Assembly (NCBI GenBank): GCA_963803435.1
Contig: CAWDML010000001.1
Location: forward strand, 608,001-672,000
Reading direction: 5' to 3'
DNA length: 64,000 nt
Origin: an uncultured delta proteobacterium
GTDB taxonomy: Bacteria > Myxococcota > Kuafuiibacteriia > Kuafuiibacteriales > Kuafuiibacteriaceae
Shown here: in pieces, positions 48,860 to 58,327 of the stretch
Numbering within the stretch: position 1 is the stretch's first letter
Layout: each line of letters begins with the position of its first letter
Program-made: the position numbers and the translations under genes
The notes under the pieces: generated by a model
The model's database searches: none
What the model saw: only the letters and a program-made list of their open reading frames with translations
What the model was told of the DNA's origin: nothing

Positions 48860-50760
48860 TCGCGGACCTCCGGGAAGTGCATGGCCAGCTCACGCATGTC
48901 GTTTTGATCGATGACCGCGTTCTTGGTGAGATCGCAGCGGACCTCGAAGTCGAGGTTGCCCGTGAGCACGCCGTCGCCGATGCCGGTCAGGAGGGCCCGC
49001 TGGCCGACGTGCTGCGCGCAGCGGATCAGGTCGGCGCCGTCGATCTCGCCGTCAAAGTCCACGTCCCGCTCGTTCGCCGAGAGAAACGTGAAGAAGGTCT
49101 GGTAGCGTGGGTTCGGTCGGACGCGCAGGATGGTCTTCGGCGCGCTCACCGGCAGCACGGCGTCGCTCCCCTCGATCGTGACCCGCTCCTTCTGGACCGT
49201 CCCGTCCTCCAGCTCCAACCACAGCTCGAGGATGTTCCGGGCGGCGCCGGTCTGGTGGATGGAGATCTCGGTCTGCGTGAAGTCGATCGTGACGACCGGC
49301 TCCGTGTTCGCGTACACGTACTGGTCGAAGAACCAGCCCAGATCCTGGCCGGCGGCGTCCGACATCGAGCTCGCAAAGTCCGCTGTCGTGCACGGTACGC
49401 CGGCGCAGCGGCCGGCGTAGGCGATCAGCCCGGCCGCGAACGCGCCGTCGCCGACCGTCACCCTCAGGAGATCGAGCGTGCCCGCGCTCTTGAGGTACGC
49501 CCACTCGGTGTACGCGCCTCCGGCGCCAGCCGCGCCCGCCGGTGGCACGACCGGCGGAAGACCGGCGAAGGCGGTCGAGTAGAGGGAGACCAGCTTCATC
49601 TCGTTGTAGCGCCGGCCGAGGTATCGATCGCGATCTTCGACCTTGAGGATGACGTCGCCCGTGTAGTCGATCTGGGAGAAGGTCGCGAGGCCCTCGGTGA
49701 GGAAGCGGGTGTTGGTCGCCTGCTCCACCGCCAGCACGCCCCACCAGCAGTGGCTCGTCTCGTGGGCGAAGGTCTCCTCGAAGTACCGCGCACCAGAGTC
49801 GCCGTAGTACTCGGCGAGGAGGGAGGTGGCGTAGCCGGCGGTCCCGGGGAAGAGCGCCGTGTCGGGAAGCTTCACCAGCGTGAGGCGCGAAAAGGGAAAC
49901 GGGCGCCCCGCCTGCCGGTCGAGGAAGGCCACGATGTGCTCGGCCCAGCCGACGATGTCGTCGACCCACGCCGGGTCGCTCGCCAGATACAACACCTGAG
50001 TGGGGATGCTGGTGCCGGGGACGTCTCGCACCACCAGATCGCCGAAGACCGCCACGTACGCGGCGAAGTCCTGGCGGACCGGGATCTGCCAGTCGACCGT
50101 CAACGTCGTCCCATCGTCCCTTCGCTCGAGCTCGTCCGCCGCAACGTACTGGTTGACGCCGCTCGGCACGGAGAGGTTCAGGCGCCGCTCGTAATACGGC
50201 GTCGTGTCGTAGTCGGAGGGATCGTAAAAGATCGGAAACGCCGTGCCGGCCATCGCGAAGTCGATGCCCCTACCCCCGAAGTCGCACGAGGAGAAGCGAC
50301 CGTCGGACGGGCACATCAGCGTGCCCGCATATTCGAACTGCAACGTAACTTGCGTTCCCTCGGGCAGCGCCGGCGAGAACGTGGGCTGCACGTAGCGATA
50401 CCCGTCCTGGGCCAGCTCGCCGAACGGCACGTCGCCCTGATCCGTCGAGATCCGCTCGATCAACAGTCCGGCGTCGATGAGCATCAGGAGCGCGGAGAGC
50501 CCGCCCTCACCTGCGGTCAGCGTGGCGGAGACCGTCGCGGAGACCGTGCCGCGCATGGGATCGACGAACACCCGCTCGTCCACCCGCTCGAGTCTGTGAT
50601 GGCCCAGATCGCCCGCGAGGTAGGCCAGCCCGGGGAGATCGCGGAGCGCGTCCAGCCGCCGGACGTCGACGTCCGGCATGACGAGCTCGGGCCGGGCATA
50701 CGCGTTGGGCATGGCCAGGAGCGCGAGCACCAGCGCGCGATAACAAACTGACGCTTTCAT
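48856..50760 (-). CDS. Secreted M1-family (gluzincin) aminopeptidase with C-terminal dockerin-like tail
   Basis: Signal peptide; HETSHCWWG...LTEGLA and AYLKS; tail DVDFDGEIDGADL / DLTKNAVIDQNDM. Confidence 0.85.
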   Translation of the reverse strand: MKASVCYRALVLALLAMPNAYARPELVMPDVDVRRLDALRDLPGLAYLAGDLGHHRLERVDERVFVDPMRGTVSATVSATLTAGEGGLSALLMLIDAGLLIERISTDQGDVPFGELAQDGYRYVQPTFSPALPEGTQVTLQFEYAGTLMCPSDGRFSSCDFGGRGIDFAMAGTAFPIFYDPSDYDTTPYYERRLNLSVPSGVNQYVAADELERRDDGTTLTVDWQIPVRQDFAAYVAVFGDLVVRDVPGTSIPTQVLYLASDPAWVDDIVGWAEHIVAFLDRQAGRPFPFSRLTLVKLPDTALFPGTAGYATSLLAEYYGDSGARYFEETFAHETSHCWWGVLAVEQATNTRFLTEGLATFSQIDYTGDVILKVEDRDRYLGRRYNEMKLVSLYSTAFAGLPPVVPPAGAAGAGGAYTEWAYLKSAGTLDLLRVTVGDGAFAAGLIAYAGRCAGVPCTTADFASSMSDAAGQDLGWFFDQYVYANTEPVVTIDFTQTEISIHQTGAARNILELWLELEDGTVQKERVTIEGSDAVLPVSAPKTILRVRPNPRYQTFFTFLSANERDVDFDGEIDGADLIRCAQHVGQRALLTGIGDGVLTGNLDFEVRCDLTKNAVIDQNDMRELAMHFPEVRE

Positions 50761-50875
50761 CGGCTGGGCGTGAGAGTGCAACGCACATGCCCGGGCGGTG
50801 AATCGGGACCCCAGGGCTCGGGGGGAGAGGCCCGGCCGCGGGCAAAACGGTGTGTCCAGGCGCAGAAAAGCGTCA

Positions 50876-50891
50876 GGGTACGAGCCTTGCA
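50876..50891 (+). promoter_or_regulatory. sigma54-type -24/-12 promoter
   Basis: GGGTACGAGCCTTGCA against consensus TGGCACGRNNNTTGCW, exact GG-N10-GC spacing, about 43 nt before ATG 50934 and its GGAGG RBS. Confidence 0.6.
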
Positions 50892-50933
50892 CAGATCGCC
50901 CGCCGCAGGCAGGTTGCAGCTCTCGGAGGTCTG

Positions 50934-52679
50934 ATGCATCGCTCGTATTCTCTGTTTCCGGCGCTCGGGGCGCTGTTCGTGTTCGGCTGCAACGCGGACG
51001 GGACCGGCTCGATCGCCGACGTCGGGACGCCGCCGGTCGATACCGGGGTCCGCGACACCGGGACACCGCCGCGGGACACCGGCGTTCCGCCCGACACCGG
51101 TGTGCAGGACGCCGGCGACCTGCCCGACGGCGGAACCCCGGACATGGGCGCGCCCGACGGGGGCCCACCGCCGGTCAACGACGTCACCATCTCGGGGAAG
51201 GTTCGACGCCTCGGAGCGTATCTGGCCGGGACCAACGCGTACGTGGGCTCGGCCGCGGTGCTGGCGTACGGCGTGCTGCCGGAGACCAGCACGATCTCCG
51301 ATGAGACCAACCTCGGCTACTACTCGGTGAAGGTGCCCGCCAACGGCGACGTCATCTTCTTCGCGTCGAAGGCCGGCTACCACCAGACGTTCTACAAGGT
51401 GACCGTCGCCGATCAGGACGTCCAAAACCAGAGCCTCCCGCTCGCCGAGGCCGCGTGGCTCTCGGAGATCACCGCCGCGCACAATGTCGATCTCGACACG
51501 CCCTTCGCGTGCCAGACGCCCGGTCTCACCGGCGAGACCTGCATCTACTCCATCATCGTCGGCCGGATCCTCGACGACGGCACCGCGGGCGCCGGTCAGA
51601 TCCGCCCGGTCGCGGGCGTCTCTGCCGGTGACTTCACGCTCTCCGGACCCAACAACGACGCCACCTGGTATCGGCGCGGCCCCTACTTCTTGAGCTCTAC
51701 CGGCACGTCGTCCGCCACCGCGACGCAGTCGATCGTCGACCAGGACGGACAGGGCAACTATCTCGGCGGACTCTTCATCGTGTTCATCGAGGTCCCACAG
51801 CAGGGCGGCCAGTACCCGTACATCGACATGAAGCTTCAGATCCGGCACGACGACAACGGCACGGTGCGCGGCTTCGGTCCCATCGACGTGCAGGCGTTCC
51901 GCGGACCCGGCGGCGCCGTGAGCTGGGCCTCGATCTCGGAGACGGGTGTGATCGTCCCGCCGCCGCCCGGCAACGTCGACTTCGACACGCAGGTCTATCC
52001 GATGTTCCTCCCGGTGCCGCAGGGCGGGCTCGGCTGCCAGGGCTGCCATACCACGCAAGGCGGGGTGACACCGGCGGCGGGGATGGACCTCCATGGCGCC
52101 ACCACCGCGTACGCGTCGCTCGATCCGCAGACCTATCCTCTCCGGGTCAACCTGGCGATGCCGGACCAGAGTCTGCTCCTGACCAAGCCGCTGTATGAGG
52201 CGGTCGGTCCACAGAACCACCCGATCTTCGCGTTTGCCAGCCCGAACGACGCGGGCTACCAGATCATTCTCCAATGGATCACGGAGGGCGCGCAGCGCAA
52301 CGTCGTGGTCGCCCCCGTGAGCTTTGCCAACGATGTCCATCGCGGTTTGTACAACGACACGCAAAACGGCGGTTGGGGCTGCCGTGCCTGTCACTATGAC
52401 ACCGTCACGGCGACCACCGCGCCGGGCGGCTTCTACATCAGCGGCGATCCGGCCGCAGTCTATGACGAGCTCGTCAACGAGGCACCGGAGGACAACGGAC
52501 TCACGGGCCAACCGTATCGGATCGACAAAGATCCGCAGTACACTGATCGAAGCCTGGTGCTCACCAACCCGCTCTTGGGCAACCCGGAGCCGCACCCGGT
52601 GAAGATCTTCTACGACAACACGGACCCGCGATATGTGCTCATCTATCGCTGGATCCAAGAAGGCTACAACAACAACTGA
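50934..52679 (+). CDS. Diheme c-type cytochrome lipoprotein (paralog 1)
   Basis: VFGC lipobox, DTG-rich linker, CQGCH and CRACH. Confidence 0.85.
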   Translation: MHRSYSLFPALGALFVFGCNADGTGSIADVGTPPVDTGVRDTGTPPRDTGVPPDTGVQDAGDLPDGGTPDMGAPDGGPPPVNDVTISGKVRRLGAYLAGTNAYVGSAAVLAYGVLPETSTISDETNLGYYSVKVPANGDVIFFASKAGYHQTFYKVTVADQDVQNQSLPLAEAAWLSEITAAHNVDLDTPFACQTPGLTGETCIYSIIVGRILDDGTAGAGQIRPVAGVSAGDFTLSGPNNDATWYRRGPYFLSSTGTSSATATQSIVDQDGQGNYLGGLFIVFIEVPQQGGQYPYIDMKLQIRHDDNGTVRGFGPIDVQAFRGPGGAVSWASISETGVIVPPPPGNVDFDTQVYPMFLPVPQGGLGCQGCHTTQGGVTPAAGMDLHGATTAYASLDPQTYPLRVNLAMPDQSLLLTKPLYEAVGPQNHPIFAFASPNDAGYQIILQWITEGAQRNVVVAPVSFANDVHRGLYNDTQNGGWGCRACHYDTVTATTAPGGFYISGDPAAVYDELVNEAPEDNGLTGQPYRIDKDPQYTDRSLVLTNPLLGNPEPHPVKIFYDNTDPRYVLIYRWIQEGYNNN

Positions 52680-52698
52680 GGACCGCGGGAGGGTCACC

Positions 52699-54363
52699 AT
52701 GTTTCGTAGAATCAGCGCGTTTGTCTTCTCGGGGTGGCTGATCGCGTGCGGCACGGAGCCGATTCAACAACCGCCGCCGGGCGCCGACGGAGGTGTCGAG
52801 ACACCCGACGGCGGAGGCATGCTGCCCGACGGCGGCGGTCCGCCCGTGGACCCGGGCCAGAACGTCTTCATCGAGGGCTACACATATCGGCTGGACGCGT
52901 ATCTCGACGGCAACCCGGTCCCGGCCGGTGAGGCGACGATCTCCGCGCTCGGCACGGTGGGCGTGCAGCCGGTGAGCTCCGGGGCGCTCGGCGACTACCG
53001 GATCGAGGTCCCGCAGAACGGCGCGCTCCTGCTGACCTCAAACAAGACGGGCTACTGGCCGACCTACGAGCAGCTCGCGATCGGCAACCAGAACATCACG
53101 GGCAAGAACTTCCTGCTCGCGTACAACACGCACATCTCGCTGATCGCCGATCGGCTGGGGATCCAGGGCGTCGATCAAGAGTTCCAGTGCCACGCCCCCA
53201 ACCAGAACGCGATGTGCAAGTACGGCATCGTCATGGGCCGGGTCGTGGACGACGGCAGCTACGACAACGGCACCCCGACGCCGCTGGCCGGCGTGCAGAA
53301 GAACGAGTTCACGGTCACCGTCGACAACACGCCGGGCTGGTACTTCAAGGGACCCTACTTCTTCTTCTTCAACGGTCAGCCCGACCCGAACGCCACCGCC
53401 ACCAAGCGCACGCGGAACATGACCACCGGCAAGTACGAGGGCGGCCTCTTCGCGCTGTTCATCGAGATCCCGCTCGTCGGCGGGAACTCTCACGACCTCG
53501 AGCTCAAGGCCTCGAGCCTCGCCGAGGGCACCGTCCAGCGCTACTTCGGTCCGCTGCAGATCAAGGTGTTCCGCGGCGGGTTCACGTGGGTCACGCTGCG
53601 CGAAGGCGGCGTCGCACCTCCGCCGCCTCCGCCGCCCCCGGGCGAGGTGGACTTCGAGACGCAGGTCTATCCGCTGTTCCTCCCCGTGAACCAAGGCGGC
53701 TTCGGCTGCCAGGGCTGCCACACGGACCAGGGTGGCCTGGCGCCGGCCGGCGGCATGAACCTCTACGGCGGCGCCGCCCAGGCGTACACGGCCCTCGATC
53801 CGACGCGCTATCCGCAGCGGGTCAACGTTCAGAACGTCTCGGCGAGCCTCCTCTTGACCAAGCCCCTGTACGAAGCCGACGGGAACCAGAACCACCCGAT
53901 CTTCGCCTTCGCCAGCACGCAGGAGCCGGCCTACAAGACGATCTACGATTGGATCAGCGCCGGCGCGCAGTACAACGGCCAGGTGCAGGTCACGCCCGTG
54001 AGCTTCTACAACGAGATCCGGACCCTGCTCTACCGGTCGCGCGCCGAGGGCGGGATCGGCTGCTACGACTGCCACGTCAGCGGCGTCGATGCGAACACCG
54101 CTCCCGGCGGCGCATACTTCGGCGGCGACGGCAACGCGCTCTATCAGGTGCTCACGCAGGATCCGCCGTCGGACGACGGCAACACCGGCGAGCCGTACCG
54201 GATCAACAAGCAGGGCAACGTGGCGGCCAGCCTGGTGCTCACCAATCCGCTGGTGGGCTCGCCCGAGCCGCACACCGGGAAGATCATCCCGAACGCGAAC
54301 GACGTGAACTATCAGAAGATCTATCGCTGGATCTCGGAAGGCTACGTCAACGACACGCCCTGA
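52699..54363 (+). CDS. Diheme c-type cytochrome lipoprotein (paralog 2)
   Basis: LIAC lipobox, CQGCH and CYDCH; colinear similarity to paralog 1. Confidence 0.85.
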   Translation: MFRRISAFVFSGWLIACGTEPIQQPPPGADGGVETPDGGGMLPDGGGPPVDPGQNVFIEGYTYRLDAYLDGNPVPAGEATISALGTVGVQPVSSGALGDYRIEVPQNGALLLTSNKTGYWPTYEQLAIGNQNITGKNFLLAYNTHISLIADRLGIQGVDQEFQCHAPNQNAMCKYGIVMGRVVDDGSYDNGTPTPLAGVQKNEFTVTVDNTPGWYFKGPYFFFFNGQPDPNATATKRTRNMTTGKYEGGLFALFIEIPLVGGNSHDLELKASSLAEGTVQRYFGPLQIKVFRGGFTWVTLREGGVAPPPPPPPPGEVDFETQVYPLFLPVNQGGFGCQGCHTDQGGLAPAGGMNLYGGAAQAYTALDPTRYPQRVNVQNVSASLLLTKPLYEADGNQNHPIFAFASTQEPAYKTIYDWISAGAQYNGQVQVTPVSFYNEIRTLLYRSRAEGGIGCYDCHVSGVDANTAPGGAYFGGDGNALYQVLTQDPPSDDGNTGEPYRINKQGNVAASLVLTNPLVGSPEPHTGKIIPNANDVNYQKIYRWISEGYVNDTP

Positions 54364-55391
54364 TCGCGCTGGAGGAACCGGCTCATGTCGCTCGGGCTGA
54401 CATAGACGCCCGAGCGACGCAGGTAGTCCTCGATCATCTCGTACATCGCCTTGGCCGAGGCGAAGCGCCGCGTCGGGTTCCGATGCGTGGCTTGGCGGAT
54501 GATCGCCTGGAGCTCGGGCTCCAGATCGTGCTTGCGCATGACGTCGTAGGGCACGCCGTCGTGGACGATCCGCGTCATCGCCTTCACCGGCTCGTCTCCG
54601 GTGAAGCAGAGCTCGCCGGTGAGCAGCTCGAGCATCACCAGTCCAACGCTGTAGACGTCCGCCTGGGGCGTGATCAGCTGCTCGGCGATGTACTCGGGCG
54701 CCATGTACCGATACTTGCCTTTGACGATGTGCGGGGCCGTCGGGGCCTGGATCCGACCCCGCATGTGGACCATCCCGAAGTCGGTCAGCTTCACGTGCCC
54801 GGTGTTCGCCACCACGATGTTCGACGGGTTGACGTCGCGGTGAACGATCCGCAGCGGCTCCTCGTCCGGACCCACGGCCTGATGCGCATGATCGAGGGCT
54901 CGCAGCACCTCGATCATCGCGTAGACGACCAACGGCTCCGGCATCTTCTGCTCGCGACGCCGGAGCTCCTGCACGATGCGTCGCAGATCCGGGCCAGGCA
55001 CGTACTCGAGCGCGAGATAGACGCCGGAGCCGTCCTCGCCGACGTCGAAGATGGTGACCAGGTTCGGGTGATCCAGGAAGGCGATCGCCCGCGCCTCATC
55101 GAGCAGCATGCCCCGTGAATGCTCGAAGTTGTCGAGCTGGCGGCCCGCCCACTTCACCACTGCTCGGCGGATGACGCCGAACGGAGAGGACTTGTGGGCG
55201 AGGAAGACCATCGTCGCCGCGCTCGACGGGAAACGGCCCACGAGCTGATAGTCTCCGATGCGGGCCAGCGTCGGCTTGCTCGGCGTCGCCTCCAGCTCGG
55301 GTTTCTTGTTCGGTGGATCCGATGGCCTCGCACCACGGATGATCTTCGCCACGCCCAAGACGTCGGCGACGTCGACCGGATCCAAGGACAT
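54342..55391 (-). CDS. Cytoplasmic Ser/Thr protein kinase (kinase domain only)
   Basis: HRDVNPSN, DFG, KGKYRYMAPE and DVYSVG; the Gly-rich loop is atypical (FPSSAAT). Confidence 0.9.
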   Translation of the reverse strand: MSLDPVDVADVLGVAKIIRGARPSDPPNKKPELEATPSKPTLARIGDYQLVGRFPSSAATMVFLAHKSSPFGVIRRAVVKWAGRQLDNFEHSRGMLLDEARAIAFLDHPNLVTIFDVGEDGSGVYLALEYVPGPDLRRIVQELRRREQKMPEPLVVYAMIEVLRALDHAHQAVGPDEEPLRIVHRDVNPSNIVVANTGHVKLTDFGMVHMRGRIQAPTAPHIVKGKYRYMAPEYIAEQLITPQADVYSVGLVMLELLTGELCFTGDEPVKAMTRIVHDGVPYDVMRKHDLEPELQAIIRQATHRNPTRRFASAKAMYEMIEDYLRRSGVYVSPSDMSRFLQRDQGVSLT

Positions 55392-55453
55392 CGAACGCCC
55401 AACATCTCATCGGGCTGGACCCCCGTCAAACGGCGGCGGATACTCACACGGTC

Positions 55454-56212
55454 GTGGAGAACGAAGCCGCTCAAGCAAAGAACAACATCGAGCGGATGCA
55501 CTCCAACATCATGCGGAGGAACTTCTTCCAGATTCTTGGCGTCGAGCGCGACACCGACGTAGAACGAATCCGGGCCAGCTACCATCTGCTGGCCAAGAAG
55601 TGGCACTCCGACGCCTTCATCGGCATGCAGCTCGACGAGGCCAAGCCCAAGCTCGACGAGATCTTCCAGCGGATCAACGACGCCTACGAGACGCTGACCG
55701 ATCCGAAGAAGCGAACCGAGTACCTCATCCTCCTCGATCGCCAGCGCAAGGGGATGGCGACCGACGTCAGCCAGGTCCTCTACGGGGAGCAGATCTTCGA
55801 CGAGGCGCTGATGCAGATGAAGCGGAGGGAGTGGATCGCCGCGCTGGACTCGGTCGATCGCGCGATCACGCTCAATCCCGACGATCCGCTCTACCTGGCC
55901 ACCAAGGGTTGGGTCGTGTTCAACGCCCACAAGAAGGACGAGAAAGAGGTCCGGAGGGCGCTCGATCTGATCCGCGACGCGATCAAGAAGCAAGAGAACC
56001 TGCCGATCGCCTATCAGTACGGCGGACAGATCCACTTCGCCCGTGAGGAGCTCGAGGAAGCGAGGAAGTGGTTCAAGAAGTGCCTCGAGTGGGACCGGCG
56101 TAACGTCGACGCCCAGCGCATGCTTCGGCTGGTCAACACCCGCGAGGAGAAGCGGAAGAACAGCGGACTGGGCGGTATCTTCTCCAAGCTCTTCGGAAGC
56201 TCGAAGAAATGA
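55454..56212 (+). CDS. J-domain plus TPR protein
   Basis: FFQILGV, KKWHSD (HPD variant) and FQRINDAYETLTDP; C-terminal TPRs. Confidence 0.85.
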   Translation: MENEAAQAKNNIERMHSNIMRRNFFQILGVERDTDVERIRASYHLLAKKWHSDAFIGMQLDEAKPKLDEIFQRINDAYETLTDPKKRTEYLILLDRQRKGMATDVSQVLYGEQIFDEALMQMKRREWIAALDSVDRAITLNPDDPLYLATKGWVVFNAHKKDEKEVRRALDLIRDAIKKQENLPIAYQYGGQIHFAREELEEARKWFKKCLEWDRRNVDAQRMLRLVNTREEKRKNSGLGGIFSKLFGSSKK

Positions 56213-58327
56213 GACTGGGGCTCGCGGCGTCCGCGCTGATCGTGCTGGGGTGTGAGACCTCGCATCGCGCCGGACCGGCGCTGGACTCGGCCGCCGACCT
56301 GGCCGACCGCGTGCGCCCCTCGCTGGTGGTGGTGGAGGTCGGCGATCGCCTGGGGGTGGAGCACCCGCTCGGGTCGGGCTTCGTGGTCGGCGCGGACGGC
56401 CTGATCGCCACCAGCCTCCACGTGATCGGCGAGGCCCGCCCGATCACCGTTCACTTCGCCGACGGCCGCTCGACCCCGGTGATCGCGATTCGAGGCCCTC
56501 TCGCGCGAGCACGACTCGGTCCTCCTGCGCGTCGAGGGCAAAGGACTCCCCGCGCTCCCGCTCGGCGACTCCGAGCGGCTGCGCCAGGGCGACCCGATCC
56601 TCGCCTTCGGCAACCCCCAGGGTATGGAGCGCAGCCTGGTGCGGGGCACGGTCTCGGCGCTCCGCGAGATTGACGGCACGCCGATGATCCAGCTCGCCAT
56701 GCCGATCGAGCCGGGCAACAGCGGCGGACCCGTGATCGACCCCGAGGGGCGGGTTCAGGGCGTGGTCACGATGAAGTCGCGCATCACCGACAACCTGGGG
56801 TTCGCGGTGAGGAGCGAGGTGCTGGCGTCGCTGCTGGCGAATCGCTCGCCGGTGCCGATGAAGGACTGGCTCACCATCGGCGCCCTCGACCCGGCCGAGT
56901 GGACGCCGGTCCTGGGCGCCTGGTGGCGGCAGCGGGCCGGCCGCATCGTGGTGGAGCACGCGGGCCAGGGGTTCGCGGGGCGATCGCTCTGCCTCAACGC
57001 GGACCGTCCCGCCGGTCGCCCTTACACGGTGGGCGTGAGCGTGCGGCTCGAGGACGAGGACGGCGCCGCCGGCGTGGCGCTGGCCAGCGACGGCGATCAG
57101 GTCCACTACGGCTTCTATCCGACGCGCGGCCGGCTCCGGTTCACCCGCTTCGGCGGACCGGACGTGACGTCCTGGGAGATCCTGTTCGACGAGAAGACCG
57201 ACGCCTACCGTCCGGGCGACTGGAACCGCCTCGAGGTGCGGCGCGACCAGCGCACCCTGTCCTGCTACGTCAACGGCCGGCTGGTGTTCGAGACCGACGA
57301 CGATCGGCTCCCCGACGGCCAGGTCGGGCTCGTGAAGTTCCGGGAGACCCGAGCCGAGTTCAAGCACTTCGTCCTCGGCCGCGATCCCGAGCGCGCGCCC
57401 TCGCTGGGCCCGCGGGCCAAGGCCGTGCGACGCCTGGTGGCCGGCGAGATCGACGAGAGCGCCAAGCGGAAGCTGCTCGACGATCCGGAGGCCAGCCTGG
57501 AGGCGCTCCGCGACGAGGTCAAAGAGCTCCATCGCCGCGCCGAGGTCCTCGACCGCATCGCCACCGAGATCCACGTCTCGACCGTTCGCCAGGAGCTCGT
57601 CACCGAGCTCGCCAGGCCGGAGGACGACATCGATCTGTTCCGGGCGGCGCTGATGGTGGCGCGCCTCGACAACCCGGAGGTGCGCATCGACGACTACGTC
57701 GGTGACCTCGAGCGGATGGCGCGCACGCTGCTTCGTCGTATCCCGAAGATCGCCACCGAGTCGGAGCGGATCGACCTCCTGAACCGCTACCTCTTCGCCG
57801 AGAGCGGCTTTCACGGCGGCCACGACGAGTACTTCCATCGCTCGAACAGCTACCTGAACGAGGTGATCGACGATCGCGAGGGCCTGCCGCTGACGCTCGC
57901 GATCCTGTACATCGCGCTGGGCGAGAGGCTGGGGCTGCGGCTGGCCGCCATCGGTCTCCCCGGCCACGTGCTGGTGGAGCACATCCCGCGCCTGGGAGCG
58001 CCGCAGCTGATCGATGTCTTCAACAACGGTCAGCTGATCACCGAGCAGAAGGCGATGTCGATCGCCCGGCACATGGGCACGAACGGGCTCGAGCTGACCT
58101 CGCCGATGCCGAAGGCCCACGTCATCGTCCGGATGCTCCGCAACCTGCGGGAGGCCGCCCGTCGCGACGGCGACGTCAAGAGCGAGCTTCGCTATCTCGA
58201 CACCATGCTCGCCATCCAGCCCAACCTGCGCGACGCCCGCTTCGAGCGCGCGCAGCTCAAGCTCCGCTCCGGTCCCCAGAAGGACGCGCAGGAGGATCTC
58301 GACTGGCTCCAGCAGCACGCGGAGTGA
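56209..58327 (+). CDS. Trypsin-like protease, DUF1080-like and SirB1/transglutaminase-like TPR fusion; +1 frameshift near 56490
   Basis: LVLGC-type lipobox (IVLGC); GSGF, TSLHV, EHDSVLL, PGNSGG; WNRLEV..YVNG; NSYLNEVIDDREGLP and LPGH. Confidence 0.82.

Noticed and set aside
51017-51170. GACACCGG-type repeats as a CRISPR or DNA repeat array
   Set aside because: They encode the DTG/DxG low-complexity linker of a lipoprotein; there are no constant-length repeats with unique spacers.
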